Shown piece after piece: positions 25,668 through 38,525 of a DNA stretch of 64,000 bases. The notes under the pieces are model-generated. The model was not told where the DNA came from and did no database searches. It saw only the letters and a program-made list of their open reading frames with translations. The translations under genes were made by a program, and so were the position numbers. This DNA comes from Octopus bimaculoides (lineage: Eukaryota): contig NC_068985.1 of assembly GCF_001194135.2 (NCBI RefSeq), positions 2,485,868 through 2,549,867 of the forward strand, given 5' to 3'. Numbering within the stretch: the first letter of the stretch is position 1; each line of letters begins with the position of its first letter.

Positions 25668-27995
25668 ATATATATGTGTGTGTGTGTATGTGTGTGCGTA
25701 AAACCATAAAAGATGAATAGACAATAACAGTTAACTACAAACTACAAATGATTCAATACTATAATGCTATGGTGATTTATTCATTATTGGTATATTACAG
25801 TATTTTTCAGACTGAGTTGATGATACTAGATTAACAATGTTTCATTGGCTGAGTTCCTTTTCAATCACTCCTTTGATATGGTCAAAGTGTAATCCTTCTT
25901 AGGTTTCCCATGGATCAATTCTCTGAGCGGCTGATCTTTGTCTGTTGGTGGTTCAGGATGCCTGATGAAATAACAGGTGGTTTCTGATTGTATGGTACGT
26001 CAGTTACTAATAAACCACCATGCTTCCGAGACCTTTGTAACATATATTGAACTATCATTGTCCATTTATTTTCTTTTATTATATTTCTTTACTGTATGGC
26101 ATGCATGACTAACATTGCTACTGAAGGTGGAGTTGCAGAATATCTGATATCATTAAACGATTGGAAAAGTTATTTAATCTTCTGATTGGATTATAAAAAA
26201 GGGAAAATATTAATTTATACTGTTCCTACAATGTACACTGCTAGCCAATTACATACTGGAAGCTGCTGAGCTAGTGAACATGATTGACAAGATCTAAACC
26301 AATTGGTGTGTGTGTGTGTGTGTGAATGCATTCACACATGTATGTATACTTATATGTATCTATATTTTTATCAACTGTCCTCTCATCTCCAGACAATAAT
26401 CCTGTTCATTTCTTCATGACATGTCAACTCTGGAGAATTTTTGATTCATGAGATTGTCTCCCCTTCCCATATGGAACTCATTTTAATTATCATTTAGTAA
26501 TTGAGACACATCTGCTAAAGGCAGAAATAACTTTAATAAATCAAGTATTTATATTGTATGGTATTTGATAGACCTGCATTTGTCTATGATGCTCAAATAC
26601 ATGCCATTGACCCACTCTGNNNNNNNNNNNNNNNNNNNNNNNNNNNNNNNNNNNNNNNNNNNNNNNNNNNNNNNNNNNNNNNNNNNNNNNNNNNNNNNNN
26701 NNNNNNNNNNNNNNNNNNNNNNNNNNNNNNNNNNNNNNNNNNNNNNAAATTTTTTTTTTTTTTCTCAGAATTCCAAGAGTTCACATTCCTAAGAATGTTC
26801 TTTGCATTCTTGAGAGTATGTACTCTTTGTTTATGTTGTTCTGATTCTTACAAAGCAGATATAACTCCCTAAACTCTGTAAATGGTTAATTAACATAATT
26901 ATAGCATTATGGGGAAAGTATAATGCTAGTGTTGATCCCAAAACTGTAATAAGAGCAGCAGCATTGTATAAGTGAAGGCAGCTGGTTGTTAATTAGATTA
27001 TCCATTAAGGGCACCGTATTCTTCTGTTTGAAATAATGAATGTCTACTGAAAGATGTCTTGTTAATCTTTACAATTCTTTCTCTCACTTGATATGGCTGT
27101 TAGTTGACCTTTTAGACAAGTTGTGTTTCGGTAATGATCCAAGGAAATGACATAATGCCAGCATTTGAAAACATCATCATTTTCAAGCATTATTAATAGA
27201 AAAAAAAAAAAGAAGAAAATGCATATTTTGATATTTTCCATGAGCAAAATGACTAACTTTGTCTAATTGTAGATTTACATGTAACACAAGAAAAAAAGAA
27301 AAAAAAGAGAAAGACTCTCTTTTACTGTACTATTAACTATTAATAACATTATGTTTCTAATAAATATGTTTGCTATCTCACCATTTATCTCTTTGTTGGC
27401 TTTTAATAACAGCCATTTACTTGTCGCTGCCAATCTGGTTTCTTTAACATTGCCAGGCCAATCATTATTCTCTTGGCTATAGGGTTAATCCATAAATCAA
27501 CATATTTATGATAAGGTAGTTTTTATCAAAACATCTTAATCTTCGTGAAGATTTATGGTTGAATCTGGAAAACATCCGTGGCAGTTATAGTGCGGTCAAG
27601 CAACATTGTGTTGCCGTCAGAACAAACAGCAGCATCTCTCCACCCCATGGGGATGCGAGGAAGCTATAAGCCAGCAGTAAATATAAAAAAAAAAACAAAA
27701 ACAAAAACAAACTGTGGTTAGAGGCAGCAGTTTTTTTGTAAAAGCGTCACCAATTCTGAAATTATTTGTTGTGCTAATGAAAAGGACTGGAGGCTTTGAA
27801 ATGACAGCAGTGTTTTAATGTGGGATGTTTTGGCACTGACAAATTATTAAGTACATCCCACTCCAGCAAATATTTTCTTGCTTTCTTCCTTTATTTGTGA
27901 GAAGTGGGTATGGAGGAGATGGTAAATGATGCCAACCTCATTAATACTAATTTCGTAAAACCTGTTAAATGTGTCATACAAAAATACTGTTCATC

Positions 27996-28310
27996 AGGCG
28001 TGGCTATGTGGTAAGGAGCTTGTTTCCTGAGCAGGTAGTTCTGAGTTCAGTCCCACTGTGTGGCACCTTGGAGAAGTGCTTTCTGCTATAGCTTCAGGCC
28101 AACCAAACCCTTGTGAATGGATTTAGTAGAGAGACTGAAAGAAGCCTGTCATGTGTCTATGTGTGTCTCCCACCACTACTTGACAACTGGTGCATTTACA
28201 TCCCCATAACTTAGTGGTTCAGCAAAAGAAACCAACAGAATAAAAAACAGCCTCTAAAAAGAAAATGATGAAGTACTCTGGTTGATTCATTTGACTAACA
28301 TGGCCACAGT
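27996..28310 (+). mobile_element. CORE-type SINE
   Basis: AGGCGTGGCTATGTGGTAAG...GAGTTCAGTCCCACTGTGTGGCACCTTGG. Confidence 0.8.
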
Positions 28311-28489
28311 CTAAGGTTTTAAACGTGCATCTTGTCAAACTAAACTTCCTGTGTTGTCCTCCTGGTCTGACTCTTATTACTGTTGTGCACACAACACCCT
28401 GACACAGCTAAAATATAAACCAAAATTACATTCTTAGGAAGCTTGCAATACTGTCTTGTGGTTTGGGGTCTGATCCTCTCGTGTGGCAC

Positions 28490-28740
28490 CTTCACTAATT
28501 CATCATCCATCATTTTCAATCCGAGTTTTGTCCCCATTAACAGGGGTGGCTGGATCTACCTCAATGCTATAGCAACCGCTCTCACACCATTTCGCTAGCT
28601 TGCCTGGTTTTGGACAGCCTCCCTTTTCGAGCCAACCCTCCAAATCTCCTCCACCTGTCCCCTCCACATTTTCCTTGGTCTATCTCACTTTTGCTGTCCA
28701 TTTACCACAAACTCTGGCACCCTCTTCCGTAAATCGTAGA
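28490..28740 (-). mobile_element. RTE-like LINE 3' end relic
   Basis: Minus strand ..RPRKMWRGQVE... and GATCCAGCCACCCCTGTTAATGGGGACAAAACTCGGATTGAAAATGATG terminus. Confidence 0.55.
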
Positions 28741-29567
28741 AAATCCAGTTACATAAAAGCCTCATGATTGCTAATTGCCATTTACAATAGCTTTGAGCTA
28801 ACTGGTGCATTGTGAAAGATATTTAGTAGATGGACACTATATGGAAGCCCTGTATGTGTGTGTGTGTGTGTGTGAGAGAGAGAGTATGGTTCATTTCTGT
28901 AAGTTCTTGAGGTGACATTTTTTCAGAAATTATGATAATGTGATGTCCTCTTTTAAGCAAAATATCTGACAGCAGATTTACATCTTGAGATGTGGGATAA
29001 AATATTTTAAGTGAAAAACGAGGGTCAATATCAGGGAGGTTCTCCATTTCAAGGAATCTTATCTGATCAAAGCCAGCATCAGAAAAAAAATGGAGGTGGG
29101 TTTAAAAACAATAAATAGAAATAAATGGTCATACCAGTTGACAATATGAGACTAAGGTTGTCATTAGGCTTCTGGTAAGCCAGTACAACCTATCACATGG
29201 TCAGGATGTCAGCAACTTTACTGGCAACCGCATTGGGATTGCTTGGTGAGGAGGGTGGTTTAAGATAACCTGTGAGATGAGAAACAGAACCAAACAAAGA
29301 GTGGGGGAACTCAGTCAATGGCCTCCCAATAATGTGTACATATGTCTATGCTAGACCACTCCTAGATGGTGATCTGTAGCATCACCCAATGATAAACAAG
29401 CTTATCATCTGGCCAGTCACTACAGTATGACACTGATGCTAGCATCTTTTGGTCTGTCCTTGCCTGCTGGACAACATTGATTTTGTACTGAACCAGTTGC
29501 AAAAGCTAGTTTCACTTCATAACTTTGCAAGCAGTTATATGGTAAATAAAATGACCAATACAAAAGA

Positions 29568-29749
29568 AAAATAACATCGAAAAATACCTCAGGAATGAGA
29601 AGCCAGGTTCGAAATTTCCCCAAGACACCTGATGAAGGCTGGAGGGTGTATCAGCTGAAATGTTGTGTTAACAACAAACAAGATGAGGACAAATATCCAT
29701 CAAATGTAAATAATGTACATAATTCTTAAATCTCTTAAATATAGAACTG
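29568..29749 (+). ncRNA. PLE pseudo-LTR-type repeat with minimal hammerhead motif (family 1; HHR 29624-29669)
   Basis: GACAC-CTGATGA-AGGCTGGAGGGTGTATCAGCT-GAAA-TGTT-GTGTT: stem I GACAC/GTGTT, stem II GCTG/CAGC; CpG-decayed stem III. Confidence 0.75.
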
Positions 29750-31149
29750 ACATCATGGAAGACCTAGACTGAGATTCAAAGACAGTGCAGAAAGAAACTC
29801 AATTGAAAAACTGACCAGTCTGGGGAAAGCTTCAAAGTCTTCACAACTGACTTCAGATAAAGCTTCTGGAGTTTCTTGTGGAACACTAAATAAGATCAAG
29901 TGGAATTAATGGTTAGAAACTAAATAAACCCTTTCTAAAAGGCCCCATAACGATGGTGGAATGGTACATATCTCCTCCAGTTTTCTATGACATGTAGAAG
30001 AAGCAAAAAAGTCACTTCCTCATTACTTGATTTCAGTTTGTCACAAGAAGAATACAACTTGAGTGATTTGTCAGCTGAGTCAATTGACTCAGCTGTTGAG
30101 CAATGGATCATAACAAACATCTCTACTTAAAGCAAAGATGAGCCAATGAGAAAGCTTGACCTACAAGAAATAGTAATGAATGTTCCCTCAAATCACATGT
30201 CACTACTTTAGAAATGGAAGGACTCATTGAATAATATGGTCCTAGATACATTATGCATGAAAGATAAATGAAAATAGTCATGACTCTTTGATGATAGGAG
30301 TTACTTGGGTATAACCAATAACTACTTCATATGGAGAGTCTCAGATGTTTTGGTTCTGGACACAACATTATCTCCACTGTAAAGTACAAATTTTTATCTC
30401 ACTACTATGGCTGTTTGGTTGTCTCCCCTTTGCCTTCTAAAGCCTCGTGTGGCTCAACAGCAATTTTATTAAACATCAACAATTCCTAGCCTTAGCAAAT
30501 CAAAATGGTTGTGGAATATATTCTCTCTCCCTCTCCCCCTCTCCCTCTCTCCCTNNNNNNNNNNNNNNNNNNNNNNNNNNNNNNNNNNNCCCTCCTCTCT
30601 CTCCCTCTCCCCCTCTCTCCCTCTCCCTCTCCCTCTCCCCCCTCTCTCTCCCCATTCATGGCTGAGGTTGCTTTGACAAATTTGTCCAGCTGAATATTTA
30701 TTCATGGAACAGTTATTTCGCAAAATGGTTGTCATTCTTTCAGCTAAACAGAAAGTAAGAATGAAACCTATTTATCACTGAAGCAGACCAACAACACAAG
30801 AATTATGTGCTTTGGTCGAGGACATAACAAAAATAAATAGCCATAGTTGTAATGTGGTCATTTATCCAAATGACCATAATGTATTTTGGACTGTATTATC
30901 CAACTTTAGATCAAATAATAATAATTGACGATTCCTTACATTCACAAATTTGAAAGATTATTTAATTGAATTGACCCCTAAACCTGTTGAGTTGATGTTA
31001 AGCTCAGAGGGGAAAATAAAGAGGCTGCAATAAATACTCGATTCTATTTTGTCTGCAATATTTCAACATGTCGACTAACTCCACTGCCTTCGTTTCTGCG
31101 GAACAACTCTTGTTACAACAATAGTTTGTGATTTAGGATTCTGATTTAG

Positions 31150-31345
31150 TTTCAAGTCCAGGAAATTTTAGGGGACAGAGTTAATACAACCAATCCCAAT
31201 AATTGTTTGATCCTCTATTTTATCAACCACAGAAGGATGTAAAGCAAAGTTAGCCTCAAGTGGGATTTGAAATTAAAATCTAGGAGAGAATAAATACCAC
31301 AAACCCTAGTTTTTTATGCTCTGCTGACTCACCTAAGCTCATTGC
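31150..31345 (-). mobile_element. Nin/Deu-type SINE, degraded
   Basis: CTATTTTATCAACCACAGAAGGATGTAAAGCAAAGTT resembles the reverse-complement Nin domain. Confidence 0.55.
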
Positions 31346-31480
31346 CTTAACAAAACAATTTTATATAATAATAATATAATAATAATAATAACAACAACAA
31401 CAACAACAACAAGGCAACATCAATATCCTCTCAACAATTAGCCAGAGATGATTTTTAAAATGAGAATATCTGAAATATAT

Positions 31481-31725
31481 TTACATATTTACATTTGATG
31501 AATATTTGTCCTCATCTTATTTGTTGTTAACACAACGTTTTGGCGGATATAACCTCCAGCCTTCATCAAGTGTCTTGGAGAAATTTCGAACCTGCGTTCT
31601 CATTACTAAGATATTTTTCCGATGTTTTTGTTGTTGTTATTATTATTATTATTTAGGTCACTGCCTGGAATCAAACTCAGAATCTTGTGGTTAGTAGCCC
31701 GCGCTCTTAACCATTATGCCATATG
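31481..31725 (-). mobile_element. tRNA-headed element with (AAT)n linker and family 1 hammerhead (head 31655-31725, HHR 31529-31574)
   Basis: Minus strand TGGCATAATGGTTAAGAGCGCGGGCTACTAACC..GAGTTTGATTCC head, then GACAC-TTGATGA-stem II-AAAAC-GTT-GTGTT. Confidence 0.8.
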
Positions 31726-31810
31726 GAGCAACAAAGGCTGGAGAGTGCATCAGACAAAACGTTGCATTAACAACAAACAAAACGAGGATAAATATCCATC
31801 AAATGTAAAT

Positions 31811-32690
31811 CACCATCATCATCGTTTAACGTCCACTTCCATGCAGTTTGACTGAGGACTGGTGAACCAGAGGCTGCACTAGGCTCAATCTGATCTGGCA
31901 AAGTTTCTACAGCTGGATGCCCTTCCTAATGCCAACCAATCCACGAGTGTTGTGGGTGCTTTTACGTGTCACCATCAGGCGGTTATGGCAACAACGACGC
32001 TCAAAAGGTATTTTTATGTGCCACCTGCATGGGAACCAGTCTGGCAGCACTGGCAATGACCACACTCGAATGTTGCTTTTCACGTGCCACTGGCACATGT
32101 GCTGGCAAGGCGATGCTAGCAACGATCACGCTCGAATGGTTCTTTTCATGCATCACTGGCACAGGAGTCAATCCATGGCCCTGGCAACGATCACACTTGG
32201 ATATGCTTCTTTTAATGTTCCACTGGCACGAGTGCCAATCAGGTGGTACTGTCATCGGCCACGTCAGCAATTTTGATTTGTATACACTTGCCTCAATTTG
32301 TCTTTGCAAGCAAAGTTCATTGTCCAATGAATGAGGTGCACTCATTAGTGGGCCGGTTATACCCCACATTCGGATGTGCCTTTAACATTCCACTGGCACA
32401 ATTGCCAATCATGCAGTACTGTCTTCGGCCATGTCAGCAATTTTAATTTTGATTTTGATTTCACTTGCCTCAATATGTCTTCACAAGCAAGGTTTATTGT
32501 CTAATGAATGAGGGATATTTATAAGTGGGTTGGTTACACCCACTGGCATAGGCCACGGGCTATGGTCTCACTTGGCTTGTCAGGTCTTCTCAAGCACAGC
32601 ATATCTCCAAAGGTCCCGGTCACTAGTCATTGCCTCGGTAAGGCCCAATGTTCAAAGGTCATGCTTCACCACTTCATCCGAGGTCTTCTT
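31811..32690 (-). mobile_element. 5'-truncated RTE LINE 3' end with two tiers of internal tandem repeats
   Basis: CATCATCGTTTAACGTCC terminus through CATGCTTCACCACTTCATCC (KHDL region). Confidence 0.85.
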
Positions 32691-32919
32691 AAAGAAAATT
32701 AGAATCTTTAAGAAAAACTGTGACACACTGACATTCACATTTATTATATTAGATTTGTTTAATTTTGGGGAAACTTTATTTCAGTTAAAGTGCATTTTAT
32801 GTGTGTGTGTGTGTGTGTGTGTCTACATGCATTAAAGAAAGCAAGATATAAAACAAAAATGATATTCAGTATGCTGGTGACAGGAATTTCTGTCAAATAG
32901 CCATGGTTAAACAAAGTTA

Positions 32920-33240
32920 TACATCATTTCCCTCTTTCTCTCACATACCCACTCTTTCTCTCTCTCTCTTATTATTACTCCCACTGCTACCATCAGTACT
33001 ATTACTACTACTACTTCTAATAAAACATCATCAACTCTCCCTAAATTTTTTGTCTCTCTCTTCTCTCCCTCTCTTTCTTTCTCTCTCTCTCTTTCTCTCT
33101 CTCTTGTCACTGCCCTCACTGTCTCTGCCTTCTATTACTCCCACCTCATCATGAGGAATAGTCATTGAATAGTGAGAGAGGGGGGTCTAAGTGTGACACA
33201 CTGACACACAGAAATTAGTTTTCGCATTTATTATAATATA
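32920..33240 (-). repeat. Unclassified repeat, possibly Helitron-like; second copy at 56030-56346
   Basis: Both copies share CATCATGAGGAATAGT..GTCATTGAATAGTGAGAGAG..GTCTAAGTGTGACACAC..AAATTAGTTT.CGCATTT.ATTATA. Confidence 0.65.
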
Positions 33241-33299
33241 TACATACATGATACATGCACCCACATATCTATACTATAATAAAGCTGCTTATTAATTAG

Positions 33300-34300
33300 C
33301 TTAGAGTTTGTAGCTTTTGCAAAAAGACGTCTATGTTTCCAAGAAAATTCTCAAAGATTCTAATTTTAACATACTTTTTATCAAAATGTGGTTTCAAGTT
33401 TCTTTTATTAATGAAGATTTCAGCTACAGAAAACTAATTTCAATTCACTGAGATAATACTTTTTTTTCTTACACTCTGATATTGTTTTCTCTTTGTCTTT
33501 TTTCTCTCTCCATGGCATTACTTTTTACAGACATATCAGTAAAAACTTTTCTCCAAATTATCCTTTAGCAACTAGTTTTCTTTTTCTTTAATATTTTTAT
33601 CTTTCCTATCTTCACCAATCATTTGTAAATTTTCATATGTAATAATTATTTCTTCCTCATCACTCAGTGAAAGTTATCTTACTATATAGGTCGATGCATT
33701 TAGAGGACAAGTTGTTTGCTCATCTATTTCTGACTCTGAGCATAAAGATATTTCACTCGCCATCCACAGTGTTTTGGTTAGAACTGCTCTGGACACAGAA
33801 GTTTGTTCTTTTCACCATCGCAGTTGACATTTCCAGTTCTGTGTATTCAGCTTGGAGTTTTTAACTCTAACAAAGGTAACAACCAGGCTTTCTGCTCCGT
33901 ATCATTAATCTCCAGCCCTTTGTCTTGGTGCCTCCTGCTAGGCACATTCCTGGTGTGGCACTGTGACCTTTGGGTGTCCTTAACTCTACTTTCACTATTC
34001 ACCCACACAGCAACACAAAACTCATGACTAGTTGCAGACTTACATCATTTCTGATAACCCTTAAAGTCATTTTCCTGTTTCTCAGACGAATATATTGGAG
34101 ATCAAATATATAGAGAGGTCTGACAATCTCACCTTGCATTTTGGGGCTGCATCTTTTGTTTTAAGGGCCATAATTTTTGCATTTTTAATTGAAAGAACTT
34201 TTCCTACGTCCTGGAAAATCTGTTGAATTCCTTGATATGAGCCAAAATTTTGTCTACTTCCATCTTTTCATAAGCAAAGATATATAATTTTTTTTTTTTT
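33300..34300 (-). mobile_element. Possible highly decayed PLE relic
   Basis: Weak minus-strand fragments EIFINKRNLKPHFD and VNC...CP only. Confidence 0.25.
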
Positions 34301-35942
34301 GCTCCCTCCTGGATATAAACCCCTGTGGCAAAGAAACGTGTCCAGCTTTACAAGATTCTCCTACATTTTCTTTTCTTTCTTGTAACAATGGTGGATCTAA
34401 ATCTTCTGTTCCGATTGAGTCTGTATTAAAGGGACTGTTCATTTTAACAGAAAGCACTCTATGTACAGACTATAATATTTGATTCACTATTGTTGTTCAT
34501 GCTGTTACCATTGTTACTATATTCAAAACTACTTTATTCAAGTGTTGAGGGTATTTTTGTATCAAACATCATTCACTAAGCTGTTCACTTAACTTTCTTG
34601 TTCATTTGGTTGAATGTTTCCATTTTAAAGAATTATCTTAGATTTTTTTAAAATTTAATTTTGTTATTGTTGTTCTAGCATTCAGTTTTGTGGTGTTTGT
34701 TTGGTAGCCATTTCAATGTGAAAATGTAATGTGCTAAATAAAATTTTAAACAATTGTCAAACAGATCGTTTTTCTGTCTACTCCTGGTTTTCCTTAGGTA
34801 ACTATAATTCTTTCAAAGGAAATTTCATTTGTAATGCTTCTCCCAAAGAGAGAAGGAAAATGAATCTTTCACACAATGAGATGATGATGATGATGACGAT
34901 GACAATAAAAAAGGATTTCTAACTCTAAGAGGAGGTTGCAGTTAGTTCAGTGAAACTCAAAACTTAACTGGTACAGATTTTGTAACCCCAGAATATGAAA
35001 AGCAAAATTAGTTCCAACAAGATTTGAATAACCTAAGAGACATAATTAAAAAAACTAATCACTTCTACAAGAACAACCAAACCTATATCACAATAATTTA
35101 TTTCACTACAATCGTCTTTATTTTCACAATGACATTTTTTATTCACAACAACCACATCTAGAATCCCTATATCTATGTTCACAACAACCACATCTATAAT
35201 AACATGCATATCTATATCCACAACAACTACATCTACAAAAACTGCATCTACTACAGACAAGCTAGCATAGAAGCTAGTCAGCCGACGACTGAGAGAACTT
35301 GTCTGATGTCGAATTTGGCAAATAATCAAAAATAAACAAGAAAGGAAAATGGAAGCATAAAAATTAATAAGCAACCTTTGAATAGTGAAAGGGCAAGGGC
35401 TAGAAAATGACTTTGAAACGAAAAGATGAAACAGTGAGATGGCGGCATGATAGATAAATGGACAAAACCAGGAAATCCTGCTTTTGTAAAAATGATGACC
35501 TCCAACAGAGAAAAAATAAAATACACTACGGAACAAAGATATGTTGCATTATATATAAAGTGGACAAGTCATAAAAACAAGATTCATTAATATTTTATTT
35601 TTAATCACAAAATTCAAATTAGCCTTGATCACACTGGCCATAAAAGTAATGGAAATTACCCAAACCAAAGCTACCTTCATTGTAGTACATCTGCGGAGAT
35701 GTATATTTTATGTATTTGCATTTAAATTTGGACATATTTTATTGTCCTAAGCAAGTATGGTAGTAAAGTAGTATTCGTAATATCTTTATATCTTTTCCCC
35801 CCTTTTTTTTATACTTTTAATAAGGGTCTTCAGTTATATGAGGACATCATGTAATTTTTTGGTGTTTTAGTTTATTGCTGGTATCAGATTAACAGGCATG
35901 GAGATCGAAATCAGTAACAGAACCAGGGAACAAGTTTGTATT

Positions 35943-36169
35943 CTACATTATTTACATTTGATGGATATTTATCCTCATCTTGTTTCTTGTTAACACATTT
36001 CGGTTGATATACCCTCCAGCCTTAATCAGATGTCTTAGGGAAATTTCGAACCTGGGCTCTCATTCCTAAGGTATTTTTCGATGTTATTATTATTATTCAG
36101 GTCACTGCCTGGAATTGAACTCGCAATCTTGGGGTTAGTAGCCTGCGCTCTTAACCACTACGCTATATG
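35943..36169 (-). mobile_element. Second tRNA-headed hammerhead element (head 36099-36169, HHR 35992-36034)
   Basis: TAGCGTAGTGGTTAAGAGCGCAGGCTACTAACCCC..GAGTTCAATTCCAGGCAGTGACCTG(AAT)nAACATCGAAAAATACC..CTGATTAAGGCTGG..CCGAAAT; same junction as the 31481 copy. Confidence 0.8.
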
Positions 36170-36540
36170 TTTGTATCCTGTTACCAGGAGAGTATTGAGA
36201 CTATGGTTATTTCTACGGATGAATTTACCATTTCCTAAAGAGGAATTGTTATGGATTGTAAGCAGTAACAACACTGTGAAATGGATGAGTAGTTTTGTTG
36301 GTTTGCAGTGTTAAGTTCAATTCTTCTCTGCAAAAACAGTACATCTGATCGGTTGTCCTGTCTGGCAGAAGATATTAGCCTAGTCTGCTTCATGCCACAG
36401 AAACCAGAAATGAAACACTTAGTCAAAGGAAACATGGACTCCCACAAAAGGAAACAGTAAGGGTTAATTACTTAATTAATCTGTAAGGAGAAATATATGA
36501 AGCTGATACTAATAAAGTTTGAATTTAAACTTGTGACTTA

Positions 36541-36735
36541 TTAACCCTTTACTGGCCATAATCCAGCTCAAATCACCCTGATCCAGAGTCCTGCACCTGT
36601 CCTACAATATAATTTTTGAAAAAATGAACAATCACATCATCAAAATCTTGATGCTACGAGATTATACAGGATTAATTCAAAATGATGTGAATAAATAATA
36701 CGTTTGACAGAGGAATCTGAATGCTGAAGGGTTAA
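36541..36735 (-). mobile_element. piggyBac-type MITE
   Basis: TTAA-CCCTT...AAGGG-TTAA ends; paralog at 53517. Confidence 0.75.
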
Positions 36736-37217
36736 ATGAACGAGCATTGATGAAAATTTGTTAATTAAAATATTGATTTTATTCTTCATACTAAATCCAT
36801 TTCGTAGAAAAGAAACTTTGTGGGGAAAATATGCAGAGCAAGGAGAAAGAATTAGCTGAAGACTTAACAGCAGAGTTTCAAAATGGTGACTTTGTCTTGA
36901 TTTGTAAATAATTCCCAAGTAAAACTATTTTTACATATATTCTTACTAAACATGAGAATGATGAGTGAATAAAGATAAGACTTGATGTCAGTCTTGGTAG
37001 ACTTATGTGGATAAAGAATATACAGGTTTTGTGAAACTCTCAGCATGTATTTAAATGATTTCTACATCACGGTCAGAATTTGCATATTGTTTATGTCTGG
37101 ATTAAAACAGATGTGTATATAAGGAAGGAGTAGGGTATCCTTTGAAATTATATATGAATTTGATAAACCTTGATATTGTTCAGTTCTATATTATTTATTC
37201 CCTGGGTCAGTTGTAAT

Positions 37218-37375
37218 CAGGACCGGCTAAAGGTACCGGCAACTTGGTTGCCTGGGGTGCCATGTGCTAGGGGGTGCCAAGGAGTGCATGACAAGGACAT
37301 TCCCACGACCATCAGTTTGTACACGCTAAAGTTCAGCTTGCCCTGGGGTATCAGCAACCTTAGGAGCTGGCCCTG
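37218..37375. mobile_element. hAT-type MITE
   Basis: CAGGACCGGCT / AGCTGGCCCTG TIRs; degraded 8-bp TSD GTTGTAAT/AGTGTAAC. Confidence 0.6.
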
Positions 37376-38204
37376 AGTGTAACCTATTAGATCTTGGATC
37401 AAATGCATTCCAGCTATGACCATACTGTCTTTTACTCAAACATGGAGTATTTATCCAATTACATTTTCCAATTTCTTCTTCCTTTGAAGATTTGGCTGCT
37501 ATTTCTAGCAGGTTAAAACACCATACCAAGTCTGTTTATTGATGTGTTGTATAGTAATAGTTATTGTTTAGGGTCCAATCCAGCACCGTAAAAGTGGATA
37601 TGTGGTCAAAGATTTCAATGGAAGTCAACCCTTTCTTTTTCTCAGAAGGTGTATCGAGAACTGTATTACCCAATGTGTCCCTTTTTTTTTTAAGATAGTA
37701 AAGTGTGATTGAGGGAGATTTGGCTTCTATCCCTTGCAAGTTGAACATTGTGTGCAGAGTCTCTATTGTTGAATCACTTTTTCGTTGTTTCATTGATTCA
37801 TTTTACTGGTGACAGTGACTTCGCAGTAATGTATGATTTCAAGAAATATGACTGTCACAATAATCTTTTTTATTTTAAGTGACATGTTCTGATTTAAACA
37901 TTTTTGAAGAAAAAGAAAGTCTTCCCTTGAAGATGATAAAATTTCTTGTCACAATAGAACCATCAAGAAAGCAACACAATAAAAACCCAGTGGGACATGC
38001 AAGCACCTCATCAATTTTGCTTTAGTCAGGGTGTGATGTGGCAGCTGAAAAACCAGAATCTCTCAAAAGACAAAATACTTCAAGAAATTTATTGAAGCTA
38101 GGACTTGTGTCGAATATGTCTTATGCAAATAGCAGGTTTCATTATAATAAATCTTATAATAAACAACATTTTCTGATTTTCATTTGATAAAAACAGATTT
38201 AGTG

Positions 38205-38525
38205 GCACGTAAAAAGCACCATCCGAACATGGTCGATGCCAGCCCCACTCCTGCCCCAACTGGCTCCTGTGCCAGCGGCACCTATAAAGCACCATCCAAT
38301 TGTGGCCAATGCCAGTGCTGCATGACTGGCTCCCATGCTGGTGGCACATAAAAAGCACCTGCTACACTCTTGGAGGGGTTGCCATTAGGATGGGCATCCA
38401 GCTGAAGAAACATTGCCAGATCAGATTGGAGCCTGGTGCAGCCTCCTGGCTTGCCAATCTCCAGTCAAACCATCCAACCCATGCCAGCATGGAAGACGGA
38501 CGTTAAATGATGATGATGATGATGA
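38205..38525 (+). mobile_element. RTE LINE 3' UTR fragment with (GAT)n tail
   Basis: GGCACGTAAAAAGCACC...GGACGTTAAATGATGATG. Confidence 0.8.

Noticed and set aside
25860-26200. Plus-strand exon after TTCTTAG
   Set aside because: All three frames stop within about 30 codons; the minus strand resembles a decayed LINE 3' end.
27540-27900. CpG-containing unique stretch as promoter or enhancer (similar at 12240, 38700 and 42040)
   Set aside because: It looks non-repetitive, but no specific motif can be supported without conservation or chromatin data.
35033-35700. Thr-rich ORF or host mucin-like exon
   Set aside because: Low-complexity ACAACAAC repeats, stops in the Thr-rich frame and no splice support; at most a faint PLE-like relic.
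36099-36169. Functional tRNA gene (also 31655-31725 and 50541-50610)
   Set aside because: A/B boxes are present, but the acceptor and anticodon stems do not pair fully and each is fused to repeat bodies, so they are SINE heads.
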